Source: an uncultured Myxococcales bacterium (GTDB lineage: Bacteria; Myxococcota; UBA4151). From it: a stretch of 16,095 bases of DNA. The notes beneath the pieces are model-generated. The model was not told the DNA's origin. It searched no databases and was given only the letters and a program-made list of their open reading frames with translations. This document shows positions 1 through 7,501 of this stretch, piece after piece; position 1 is the stretch's first letter, and each line of letters starts with the position of its first letter. The stretch covers positions 1 through 16,095 of the forward strand of contig CAXGWI010000079.1 in the NCBI GenBank assembly GCA_964013405.1, in the 5' to 3' direction. A program made the position numbers and the translations under genes.

Positions 1-54
1 CCGCCGGAGTTGAAGGCAGAGGCCGCAAGGCTGAGCCAGGCCATCGGCAGCTAA
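1..54 (+). CDS. 3' end of an upstream gene (partial, ...PPELKAEAARLSQAIGS*), product unknown
   Basis: Frame 1 is open from the window edge to TAA at 52-54 with GC-rich codon usage. This stop overlaps the TAG of the convergent cobB (51-53), as at other convergent junctions in the window. Only 17 codons are visible. Confidence 0.4.
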   Translation, partial: PPELKAEAARLSQAIGS

Positions 55-794
55 AGAGCCCCAACCAGCTGGTTCAAGAGGGGCGCTGAAGAACCGGCCA
101 AGGTATAATCCACCCGCCCCGAAAATGGTGTCGTCTGGGGATTGATCTCCACGGTGACCGCCCCCCTTTGAATCGCCAGGTCGATAAGCCCCGCCGCCGG
201 ATACACCACACCGCTGGTCCCGACGCTCACAAAGAAGTCAGCTGATGCCGTGGCAGCCAAAGCCGCTGCCAGGACCGTCTCGGGCAGGGCCTCACCGAAC
301 CAGACCACATCGGGGCGCAGTAGAGCCCCGGCCGAGGAACGCAGTGGAAAGGTTGTTTGGGCTTCCGATGGCAGGGTGACAAACGCGCCCGTTTCAACCT
401 CGCGCCAACGCAAAATACTGCCGTGAAGCTCAAGAACCTCTCGGCTACCGGCCCGCTGATGCAGGCCGTCCACGTTCTGCGTCACCAAGGTCACGGAGCG
501 ACCGCTGCCTTCGGCCCATGCTTCCAGTTGAGCCAGGGCTCGGTGCCCATCATTCGGCTCGCAGGCCAGCACCTGCTGACGACGTCCTTCGTACCAGCGA
601 CTGACTCGCTCGGGATGGGCAAGGAAGGCTTCCGGGCTTGCGAGCTCCTCGGGGCGAAACCGAGACCAGTGACCCTCTAGCGCGTCGCGAAAGGTTGGGA
701 TCCCACTCTCTGCGCTGGCCCCAGCACCGGTCATCACGACGATCTGCTTTGCCCGGCCGAGTCGCTGGACGATGGGCTCGATGAGGGCGCTCAC
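51..794 (-). CDS. cobB: NAD-dependent protein deacylase, Sir2/CobB family (class III-like)
   Basis: Sirtuin motifs TGAGASAESGIPTFR, TQNVDGLHQRAG, ELHGS, LRPDVVWFGE, VGTSGVVYPAAG and EINP, plus the WYxxR specificity motif. Start moved from 878 to the GTG at 794, which forms a GTGA overlap with the upstream stop (791-793). Confidence 0.93.
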   Translation of the reverse strand: MSALIEPIVQRLGRAKQIVVMTGAGASAESGIPTFRDALEGHWSRFRPEELASPEAFLAHPERVSRWYEGRRQQVLACEPNDGHRALAQLEAWAEGSGRSVTLVTQNVDGLHQRAGSREVLELHGSILRWREVETGAFVTLPSEAQTTFPLRSSAGALLRPDVVWFGEALPETVLAAALAATASADFFVSVGTSGVVYPAAGLIDLAIQRGAVTVEINPQTTPFSGRVDYTLAGSSAPLLNQLVGAL

Positions 795-1822
795 TCTTTC
801 AGGGTCGTGCCGGGATAGAAATGGGTCAAGATATCCCGATATGTCTTGCCCTTCAGGGCCATGCCTCGGGCACCCCATTGGCTCATCCCAACGCCGTGGC
901 CCGACCCATGCCCCCGGAACACGAGGATCTTACCGTTGGCGACGCGGACTTCGAAATCACTGCTTCGCACCACCTCCCAACCCAGCGCTTTGCGAAGGTC
1001 CTGGACCTCATAATCCTTCTTGCCCGCCCGGCCCCAGAAGCGGACGCGCTTCACCCGCCCCGAGGGTTGGAAGGCAATCACTTTCGCTTGGACCAAGCGA
1101 CCCAGTCCCAAACGAGTTCCAGCATCCTGGGTCGACATGCGGCTGTCCCAATTGACCCGGGTACAAGCGAGGTCCGGACTCGTCACACTCTTGAGATAAG
1201 GATAGGCTGTGCCCCACACCTCCTGGGCTGGCACCGTTTTGCCGGCGGCGCAGGCGTGATAGTAGGTCGCGGCTGGCTTGCCGCCGTAGCGAAGAATCTG
1301 TCCTCGAGTCGCCGAGACGGCCCGCAGCACGGGCCGGCGGGCCTCGCCCCCCCGATAGACCTGACTGCTGACATCGGCGGTGACATCCCAATCCGCTTGG
1401 GTCCGACTCGATCGGCGCCAGTGGGTATAGGTTCGAGCTGCGACGGCCATCGCCTTCAATGATTCCGGGGGCCAACCGGGCAAAAGCTCCGCATTGACCA
1501 CCCCGGCGACGTAACTCTCCATGTCGAGAACTGCCACCAACTGCAGGGTCTTGCCCCGCCGGCTGACCTGGGCCTCGCCCCGCCAGCGAACATCCGCGAA
1601 CTGAAAGGAGCCCTTACCTTTGCAGACCGTCCCCTTTGCCAGCTTGGCCGATCCGACCATCAGCATCGAGCCGGCGGCCCGGACCGTCGGATTCTTCAGG
1701 GTCTGTCCGCCGCAACTCACCGCCCCCTGGAACTGGAAGCGCTTCTCGCTGGCATGGATGCGAACCCGCACGAATTCCGGTGCGGCCATGAGGTTTAAAG
1801 CGATGGCAAGGGTTGGGCTCAT
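791..1822 (-). CDS. SpoIID/LytB domain protein (peptidoglycan lytic transglycosylase-like)
   Basis: Family motifs MESYVAGVVNAE..PGW..ESLKAMAVAARTY, SQVYRG, AV.AT.GQIL.Y, PYLKSV, GHGSGHGVGMSQWGA.GMA..G..Y.DIL.HFYPGT. Start set at ATG 1822, preceded by GAGGA. The longer track ORF (to 2050) overlaps ispG. Confidence 0.9.
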   Translation of the reverse strand: MSPTLAIALNLMAAPEFVRVRIHASEKRFQFQGAVSCGGQTLKNPTVRAAGSMLMVGSAKLAKGTVCKGKGSFQFADVRWRGEAQVSRRGKTLQLVAVLDMESYVAGVVNAELLPGWPPESLKAMAVAARTYTHWRRSSRTQADWDVTADVSSQVYRGGEARRPVLRAVSATRGQILRYGGKPAATYYHACAAGKTVPAQEVWGTAYPYLKSVTSPDLACTRVNWDSRMSTQDAGTRLGLGRLVQAKVIAFQPSGRVKRVRFWGRAGKKDYEVQDLRKALGWEVVRSSDFEVRVANGKILVFRGHGSGHGVGMSQWGARGMALKGKTYRDILTHFYPGTTLKE

Positions 1823-1916
1823 GACATCCTCGACGCTGGAGATCGGATTTTTCTTCGCTTTTGGAAAGGCTCGAGGCGATTTTTTCGTTATGGGGGGCAC
1901 AGCGAGGAGAATTACC

Positions 1917-2996
1917 GTGTCCACGGAGTTGATCGCGGATCGCCGCTCGAGCCGGCAAATCCACATCGGCCAGGTGCCCATTGGCGGGGATGCGCCAATT
2001 TCGGTCCAATCCATGACCACGGTCGACACCCGGGACGTGGTGGCAACCATTGATCAACTGCGCCAACTCAAAGCAGCTGGCTGCGACATCGCCCGACTCG
2101 CTGTTCCCGACCAAGAGGCGGCAGAAGCACTTGAAGCGATCATGCATCGGGCCCCTCTTCCCGTGGTGGCCGACATCCATTTTAACTACAAGTTTGCACT
2201 CATGGCCGCTGATGCGGGTATCAGTGCCCTTCGCTTCAACCCAGGCAACATCGGTGCGGCCTGGAAAGTACGTGAACTGGTGGCTTCCGCCAAAGACCAT
2301 AACATTCCCATTCGAGTGGGGGTGAACGGTGGATCGGTGGAGAAGCGGTTAATGAAGAACCACGAAGGGGAGCCGACCCCCGAGATGCTGGTCGAGTCGG
2401 CCATGCATCACGTGCGGATCCTCGAAGATGAGAACTTCGAGGACATTAAGATTTCGGTGAAGTCGAGCCAGGTCCCAACCATGGTGGCGGCTTACAAGTT
2501 ACTGGCTGAACGGGTCGACTACCCGCTGCACCTCGGGGTCACCGAGGCAGGCACACCGCGCCTCGGCAGCCTGCGCAGTGCGCTCGGGATCGGCTTGTTA
2601 GTGTCCCAAGGTATCGGCGACACGATCCGAGTCAGCCTCACCGCAGATCCCGTCGAGGAGGTCGCAGCGGGCATCGCCATCTTGAAGGATCTGGGACTGC
2701 GACAGGGCGGCATGTGTTTGGTCAGCTGTCCCACCTGTGGACGCTGCACCGTCGACATGATCTCAGCCACCGAACGCATCGAAAAGAAGCTAGGCCCCAT
2801 TCAAGGCGACTTGCGGGTGGCGGTCATGGGCTGTGAAGTCAACGGTCCCGGTGAAGCGAAGGCCGCCGATGTCGGCATTGCGTATGGGCATGGGGTTGCG
2901 CTCTTGGTGAAGCGGGGTGAGGTCATTAAACGCCTTGATCCAGACGTGGCCGAGGACGCCCTTGTTGCCGAGGTCAAAGACATGGTGAGCGAGTAA
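1917..2996 (+). CDS. ispG: 4-hydroxy-3-methylbut-2-en-1-yl diphosphate synthase (IspG/GcpE, MEP pathway)
   Basis: Motifs IGGDAPISVQSMT, VVADIHF, RFNPGNIG, IRVGVNGGS, YPLHLGVTEAG and GIGDTIRVSLT, with 4Fe-4S ligands in CPTCGRC and MGCEVNGPGE. GTG start at 1917 follows a strong GAGGAG RBS. Confidence 0.97.
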   Translation: MSTELIADRRSSRQIHIGQVPIGGDAPISVQSMTTVDTRDVVATIDQLRQLKAAGCDIARLAVPDQEAAEALEAIMHRAPLPVVADIHFNYKFALMAADAGISALRFNPGNIGAAWKVRELVASAKDHNIPIRVGVNGGSVEKRLMKNHEGEPTPEMLVESAMHHVRILEDENFEDIKISVKSSQVPTMVAAYKLLAERVDYPLHLGVTEAGTPRLGSLRSALGIGLLVSQGIGDTIRVSLTADPVEEVAAGIAILKDLGLRQGGMCLVSCPTCGRCTVDMISATERIEKKLGPIQGDLRVAVMGCEVNGPGEAKAADVGIAYGHGVALLVKRGEVIKRLDPDVAEDALVAEVKDMVSE

Positions 2997-3029
2997 GATT
3001 CTCGCACTGCTGTGTGCGCACGCGCGAGA

Positions 3030-3057
3030 TTGCAATGTCCGTAGAATAGGGCATACT
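3030..3057 (+). promoter_or_regulatory. Candidate sigma70-type promoter for the 3088-7501 operon
   Basis: TTGCAA (3030-3035) - 16 bp - CATACT (3052-3057). An alternative -10 hexamer, TAGAAT, lies at 3042-3047. AGGAG RBS at 3074-3078. Confidence 0.35.
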
Positions 3058-3087
3058 CCGACAGCGAAAGCTCAGGAGTTCCAAACG

Positions 3088-4317
3088 ATGATGCGTACAT
3101 CCCTCGTCCTGTCCTCCCTTTTCCTTCTCTGTGCTTGCCCGGGCGTGGTGCTCGATCAAGATGAAGGTGGTGGTGGCGGTTTGGCACCAAATATCCCCCC
3201 TCCCCAATGTGATCGAGACGGCTTTGATGTGGATTTCTCCACCGCCACCGCCGGTGTGGGCCGGCGTGGCGGGAAGCGCTACCTTCGTTATGATGTCCGA
3301 GGCGATGGCGAGGTCTTTGATAAGCTCGAGGTCATCGCCTATCTCCGGGATGACGAAGAAAGCCTGCCGGCCGGTGACGAACCGATCCGGCTCTTCGCCG
3401 AAGACGGCCTCGCAAACTGTGAGACCTGCGTCATTGCCTATCGGGGCTGTGATGGAGATACCTGTGCCGAAACTTATCTCGCTGATGGTGAACTCCTCGT
3501 CAGCTCGTCCGGGACCGAAGGTGACACCTTCAAGGCGAAACTCGTCTGGGATCGGGCGCAAACGATCTTCCGGGAGGTCGATGGCGACGGTGAGGTCCAC
3601 GAGCGGGGCTATGAGTTCTGCGGCTCTAACCTCACCTTTGAAGCGCCCATTGGCAACGACCGTAAGGGCAGTTGCAGCGACACCGGCGACGGCGCCAAGG
3701 TGGGTAATTTGCTCGCCGACTGGGCTTTGCCGAACTGCTACGGCGATATGGTCGGACTCCACGATGACTGTGGTCGAGTGAAGGCGAAGGTCCTCATGCT
3801 CACCACCGGTTGGTGCCCCGCCTGCGCGACTCGGGTCCCCCAAATGGAGACCGAGATGGCGCCGAAGGCTGCAGACGGTGCGCAAGTCTACTACCTTCTC
3901 GGTGAGATGGGTCGAGGCGAGCCGCCATCGCCAGCGGCGTGCATGGGCTACGCCCGGGGCAAGGGGATCGATCCTGCCCGCATGCTGATCGACAACGCGC
4001 AGATTCCCAATGGCAATTACGTGTCGTTCTACAACACGGTCTACGGTCGACCCTTCGACCAGCCAGACCTGGATCAAAATGACGGCAATGCGGTCAACTC
4101 AGCATTCAACCAGCAGCGGTACACGAAGCTGTCCACCTGCCCGTCCATGGACGACCGGGATGGCGATGGTGCACCGGACTACATGTGGGGTCTGCCCTAC
4201 ACGGCAGTCCTCGACGGCGAAAACAATCGTTACGTTTGGGGCAGCGGGGACTCAACGGTCTGCCCGAGCCCCTACGGCTCCCACAGCCAGGCTGTCACCG
4301 ACCTGTTGAACCGTTAA
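3088..4317 (+). CDS. Cys-rich lipoprotein with C-terminal thioredoxin-like (redoxin) domain
   Basis: AGGAG RBS; hydrophobic N-terminus ending LLCAC (lipobox-like); N-terminal Cys-rich domain with CETC; redoxin-like segment KVGNLLADWALPNCYGDMVGLHD...VLMLTTGWCPAC (CxxC at 3814-3825); DxDGDG acidic motifs. Confidence 0.7.
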   Translation: MMRTSLVLSSLFLLCACPGVVLDQDEGGGGGLAPNIPPPQCDRDGFDVDFSTATAGVGRRGGKRYLRYDVRGDGEVFDKLEVIAYLRDDEESLPAGDEPIRLFAEDGLANCETCVIAYRGCDGDTCAETYLADGELLVSSSGTEGDTFKAKLVWDRAQTIFREVDGDGEVHERGYEFCGSNLTFEAPIGNDRKGSCSDTGDGAKVGNLLADWALPNCYGDMVGLHDDCGRVKAKVLMLTTGWCPACATRVPQMETEMAPKAADGAQVYYLLGEMGRGEPPSPAACMGYARGKGIDPARMLIDNAQIPNGNYVSFYNTVYGRPFDQPDLDQNDGNAVNSAFNQQRYTKLSTCPSMDDRDGDGAPDYMWGLPYTAVLDGENNRYVWGSGDSTVCPSPYGSHSQAVTDLLNR

Positions 4318-4320
4318 ACC

Positions 4321-4647
4321 TTGCGCCCGCCGCTTTGGATCGGACCCCTATTGCTGGTCCTCGCCGCCCCCGCCGCCGCTCAGGATGTGAGCGGTGACGG
4401 TGGCTTAGACGGTGGCATCAGCGACACGGAGATTTGCGACAACTGCAGTCCAGCCGTCGTCGACTTCGAGGCCTGGGATGTGGGCCCGCAGGAGCGTCAG
4501 GATGCTGGTCTGCGGCAACGCCGGGCCCGCCCCGACGCCGGGATCCAAAATGCGCCTGAGTCCGGCGGCTTCGGTTGTAGCACCGGGGTCATGGGCCTGG
4601 AGCCCCTGTTCCTGCTCGGCCTGCTCCGACGTAGAAAGAAAAGGTAG
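4321..4647 (+). CDS. Small secreted protein with MYXO-CTERM-like sorting tail
   Basis: Signal peptide ending AAAQ, a low-complexity DGG/DAG-rich body with one CDNC motif, and the C-terminus GGFGCST-hydrophobic stretch-LLRRRKKR. It fills the gap between its neighbours (3 bp and 6 bp spacers). The TTG start is uncertain. Confidence 0.7.
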   Translation: MRPPLWIGPLLLVLAAPAAAQDVSGDGGLDGGISDTEICDNCSPAVVDFEAWDVGPQERQDAGLRQRRARPDAGIQNAPESGGFGCSTGVMGLEPLFLLGLLRRRKKR

Positions 4648-4653
4648 CGCACC

Positions 4654-5604
4654 ATGGTGGCTCTGCGCTCACTTCTCCTCCTTAGTCTCGCTTGCGTGCC
4701 CTCCGTCACGCCCACCCCCTACGAGCCCTATGCCCTCGACAATCAGGGCTTGATCGACTGTGCCGCGCCCCCGGCCTGTGACATCAACGCCGTGTTTTGT
4801 CCCTGCGCCGATGCGCCCAACTGGCAGTTGGAAGATTTCCAGAATGCAAGCCCACGCAAAGGTGAGACCTACGGAATTCAGGACCTATTGGGCGAAGGCA
4901 AGGTGGTCATCGTCAGCTTCTTCTTTGGTGGCTGCGATGCCTGCCATCAGCAAATGGCTGCCATGCAGATCATGCAGGATAAACTGCATGCCCAGGGTTA
5001 TACGGACGTCGTCTTTATCACCATCAACCAGAAGGAATACTCCAACGACACGGCCCAAGCTGAGTACTTCCGGCGCCGTAGTAGTATTGTTTGTAGCACC
5101 GGCGATTACCCCTCCTGTGACGAGAACGGAACGGTGCTCGTCACCTTCCCCCTCTTCCAGGACACCGTTGAGGGCGGCGGTTGGTCCTCCCATCAAGGGC
5201 AGAAGGACGACATCTTGATCTACCGGGCCGATGGGAAGCTCCACCGCTTCTACGGCTCCATGGAACGAGAGGATCCAGCCGAACGGCAGGATCCCAAGCT
5301 GGCCCTGGAAGCCAATCCCGACAACTTCCGCTTGTTGGAACGGGCCATTCAGTCGGCTTTCGGGGTCCAGGCCTGCACAGATGATAGCGACTGTGAAGCC
5401 ACTGGCGGATGGTGCCGGCTTCCCGATGGCAGCTGTGGCGGCGAAGGGGTCTGCGCCCCTAGCCCCCTCGAAGGCGAGGTCACACAATGCTGGGAAACCC
5501 TCATGCCCCAACCGGTCTGTGGCTGTAATGGCGAAACCTACCTTAACCGCTGTGCGTTAGAGGCGGCCGGGACCAGCCTTCTCTACGCAGGCACCTGTCA
5601 GTAA
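4654..5604 (+). CDS. Lipoprotein with selenoprotein-P-N-like thioredoxin-fold domain (CxxC) and C-terminal Kazal-type domain
   Basis: Lipobox LSLAC; VVIVSFFFGGCDAC; KLHAQGYTDVVFITIN; FPLFQD; WSSHQGQKDDILIYRADGKL; Kazal signature PVCGCNGETYLNRC...AG..LLYAGTC at the C-terminus. Confidence 0.75.
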   Translation: MVALRSLLLLSLACVPSVTPTPYEPYALDNQGLIDCAAPPACDINAVFCPCADAPNWQLEDFQNASPRKGETYGIQDLLGEGKVVIVSFFFGGCDACHQQMAAMQIMQDKLHAQGYTDVVFITINQKEYSNDTAQAEYFRRRSSIVCSTGDYPSCDENGTVLVTFPLFQDTVEGGGWSSHQGQKDDILIYRADGKLHRFYGSMEREDPAERQDPKLALEANPDNFRLLERAIQSAFGVQACTDDSDCEATGGWCRLPDGSCGGEGVCAPSPLEGEVTQCWETLMPQPVCGCNGETYLNRCALEAAGTSLLYAGTCQ

Positions 5605-5618
5605 AGGGAGAACGAGCC

Positions 5619-5981
5619 ATGCGATCGCTCCTTTTGACCTTGGCAGTCCTGAGTTTAGGCGGCTGCAAGGGCTATGACTCGAACAAGAACCTCGATCAGT
5701 TCACCGATGGAGAGATGTCGGCCCTGTGCCATTGGGCCTACCAGCTGCGGGGGGGCTCGAGTCGCCTGCAACAATGCGAGGACGCCGACGGCACCGCGGT
5801 CAGCGTTGTCCTCGATGTAGAGACTGCCGAGTTATCCCGCTGTGTAGGTATGCCGAGACCTGCCTGCCCAGCCATCTACTTTGAAGACTGTACCGAAGCC
5901 ATTGCTAACGATCCTTGCACTGGCGCCGCCAGCAAAGCGTGCTTGGACTGGAGCGACTACTGCGAACTGAAGGAAGATTGA
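5619..5981 (+). CDS. Small Cys-rich lipoprotein, function unknown
   Basis: GGGAG RBS, lipobox LGGC, eight further Cys in the mature region, and a TGATG overlap with the next gene. Confidence 0.75.
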   Translation: MRSLLLTLAVLSLGGCKGYDSNKNLDQFTDGEMSALCHWAYQLRGGSSRLQQCEDADGTAVSVVLDVETAELSRCVGMPRPACPAIYFEDCTEAIANDPCTGAASKACLDWSDYCELKED

Positions 5982-7501
5982 TGCGCCTTACCCTGACAGC
6001 CCTCGCCGCTCTGGCCCTTTTCTTCGCGCCCAACTGGGCCCAGGCTCAGTGTGCAACCTGTGGCAACCCGGCCGTCCAAGCGGGGGGACAGTCCTTCTCC
6101 GGTGAGCAGCCTGGGAGCGGCTTCGCGGCGGAGTTTATCTACGGCTACCTCAATCTCGATGATTTCGTGGACGGGGAAAACAACAACGCCCCTGTTTCGG
6201 CGGAGACCGTCAAAGACCTCATGGGTGTCGACAACTTCCGTATGACTGTCCACTCCACGACCCTGATCGGTCGTTACGGTATCAAGGGTGGACACACCTT
6301 TGGCTTGGTGGTTCCGGCTGGCTATCCCATCACGAACAAGGGTGGCAGTCCGAAGGGTCAGTTCGGCATCGGTGATTTGGATTTAAGCGCCACGCTCAAC
6401 TTGAAGGACCTCATCAGCGATAAACTGCCGGCCCTGAGTCTGAGACTTGGCACCGTCTTACCCACGGGCACCTTCAGCTTTGCGGGAACAGCCCAAGCCG
6501 TGGCCGCCGAGCAATACGTGAGTTTGGGCCGGGGCAGCTATTGGGGTTCGGCCGGGCTCAGCCTCTTTGGCAAGGTCACCGACGACCTCTCTTACTTGGC
6601 TTCGGTGAGTTATCAGCAGCCCTTCAACACCTACAAGACCGATGCTGGGGCTGGGCAGACCGCCACCTTCCGCTTTGGTCAGGAGATTCGGGCCAGCGGC
6701 GGGCTGATCTACCCACTCAAAAAGGGGGAGTGGAACCTCGTCCTTCAGGCCGACTTCTCCCAGCGTTCCGCCGCCATGCAGCAGCTCGCCGGTGAGACCG
6801 AAGCGACCCCCTTCGAAAAGACCGCTGGCAGCAATGCTAATCTCCTGCCTGCCATCAGTTGGACCAAGGACAAGCTGACCTCCACCGTCGCGATGACCTA
6901 CCCCATCTACTTCCAAGTGAAGTCGGTGGACATCATCCCCGACCCCAGCGTTTATCTCTCGTTCAGCTACCGCTTCGGCAGCTCGGCACCGACCGGACCC
7001 AAACCAGCCATCGAGCCGGGCGACGACCCCATCGACCCCAACGTGGTGGGCAAACTGCCGCCCGGCAAGATCACCATCGTGGACTACTGGGCCGAGTGGT
7101 GCCTCATCTGTAAAAAGATCACCCCCGGCATGAAGGCCTACACCAGCGCCTGGGACGATGTGCACTTCATCAAGGTGGACGCCACCAAGTGGGATGTGCC
7201 CGAGTTCGAGAAGTACCTGCCGGCCCAACCGAGCCTGCCGGTAATCGATATCTTCAATCGGGAGGGCAAACTGCATCAGCGCCTCTCCGGCGAGGCCTGC
7301 AGCGAGTTCGTCAACAACGGCTACAAGCTCCTCGATGGCCTGCCCGGCGGTGGCCCCAAAGTGAAAGCCGCCGCGAAGCCAGAGCCCGAGGAGGAGGTGC
7401 CAAGCACGGAGCAGGAGCCTGCGCCCGCTGCTGAGCCGGCCAAAGGCACCACAGGCGAAGTGGAGCCCGAGCCTATCCCGAGCATCGAGATCGCTAACTA
7501 A
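5981..7501 (+). CDS. Outer-membrane beta-barrel (COG4313/MetA-pathway 'transporter'-like) fused to a C-terminal thioredoxin domain
   Basis: Start moved to ATG 5981 (TGATG coupling). Signal peptide ending AQA, then QCATC. Barrel-family motifs GIGDLDLS, LRLGTVLPTG and SLGRGS, alternating amphipathic strands ending YLSFSYRF, a Pro-rich linker, Trx motif ITIVDYWAEWCLIC (CxxC 7100-7111) with FIKVD and LPVIDIF, and a P/E/A-rich tail. Confidence 0.7.
   Translation: MRLTLTALAALALFFAPNWAQAQCATCGNPAVQAGGQSFSGEQPGSGFAAEFIYGYLNLDDFVDGENNNAPVSAETVKDLMGVDNFRMTVHSTTLIGRYGIKGGHTFGLVVPAGYPITNKGGSPKGQFGIGDLDLSATLNLKDLISDKLPALSLRLGTVLPTGTFSFAGTAQAVAAEQYVSLGRGSYWGSAGLSLFGKVTDDLSYLASVSYQQPFNTYKTDAGAGQTATFRFGQEIRASGGLIYPLKKGEWNLVLQADFSQRSAAMQQLAGETEATPFEKTAGSNANLLPAISWTKDKLTSTVAMTYPIYFQVKSVDIIPDPSVYLSFSYRFGSSAPTGPKPAIEPGDDPIDPNVVGKLPPGKITIVDYWAEWCLICKKITPGMKAYTSAWDDVHFIKVDATKWDVPEFEKYLPAQPSLPVIDIFNREGKLHQRLSGEACSEFVNNGYKLLDGLPGGGPKVKAAAKPEPEEEVPSTEQEPAPAAEPAKGTTGEVEPEPIPSIEIAN

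Noticed and set aside
51..794. Sir2 as part of an anti-phage system (Thoeris/DSR-like)
   Set aside because: It is a canonical stand-alone CobB-type deacylase in housekeeping context with no defence partner genes.
1620..2050. Apparent long head-to-head overlap of the ispG and SpoIID-like ORFs
   Set aside because: An artefact of longest-ORF calling. RBS-supported starts at 1917 (+) and 1822 (-) leave a 94-bp gap.
2974..4077. 367-aa minus-strand ORF, and similar ones at 6458-7567, 4885-5511, 11439-12251, 7533-8180 and 821-1462
   Set aside because: Each lies opposite a gene with clear family motifs and shows typical antisense composition.
4654..5981. Selenocysteine readthrough in the CxxC operon
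   Set aside because: All CxxC positions use TGC/TGT. The only terminal TGA (5979-5981) is part of a TGATG coupling with the next gene.
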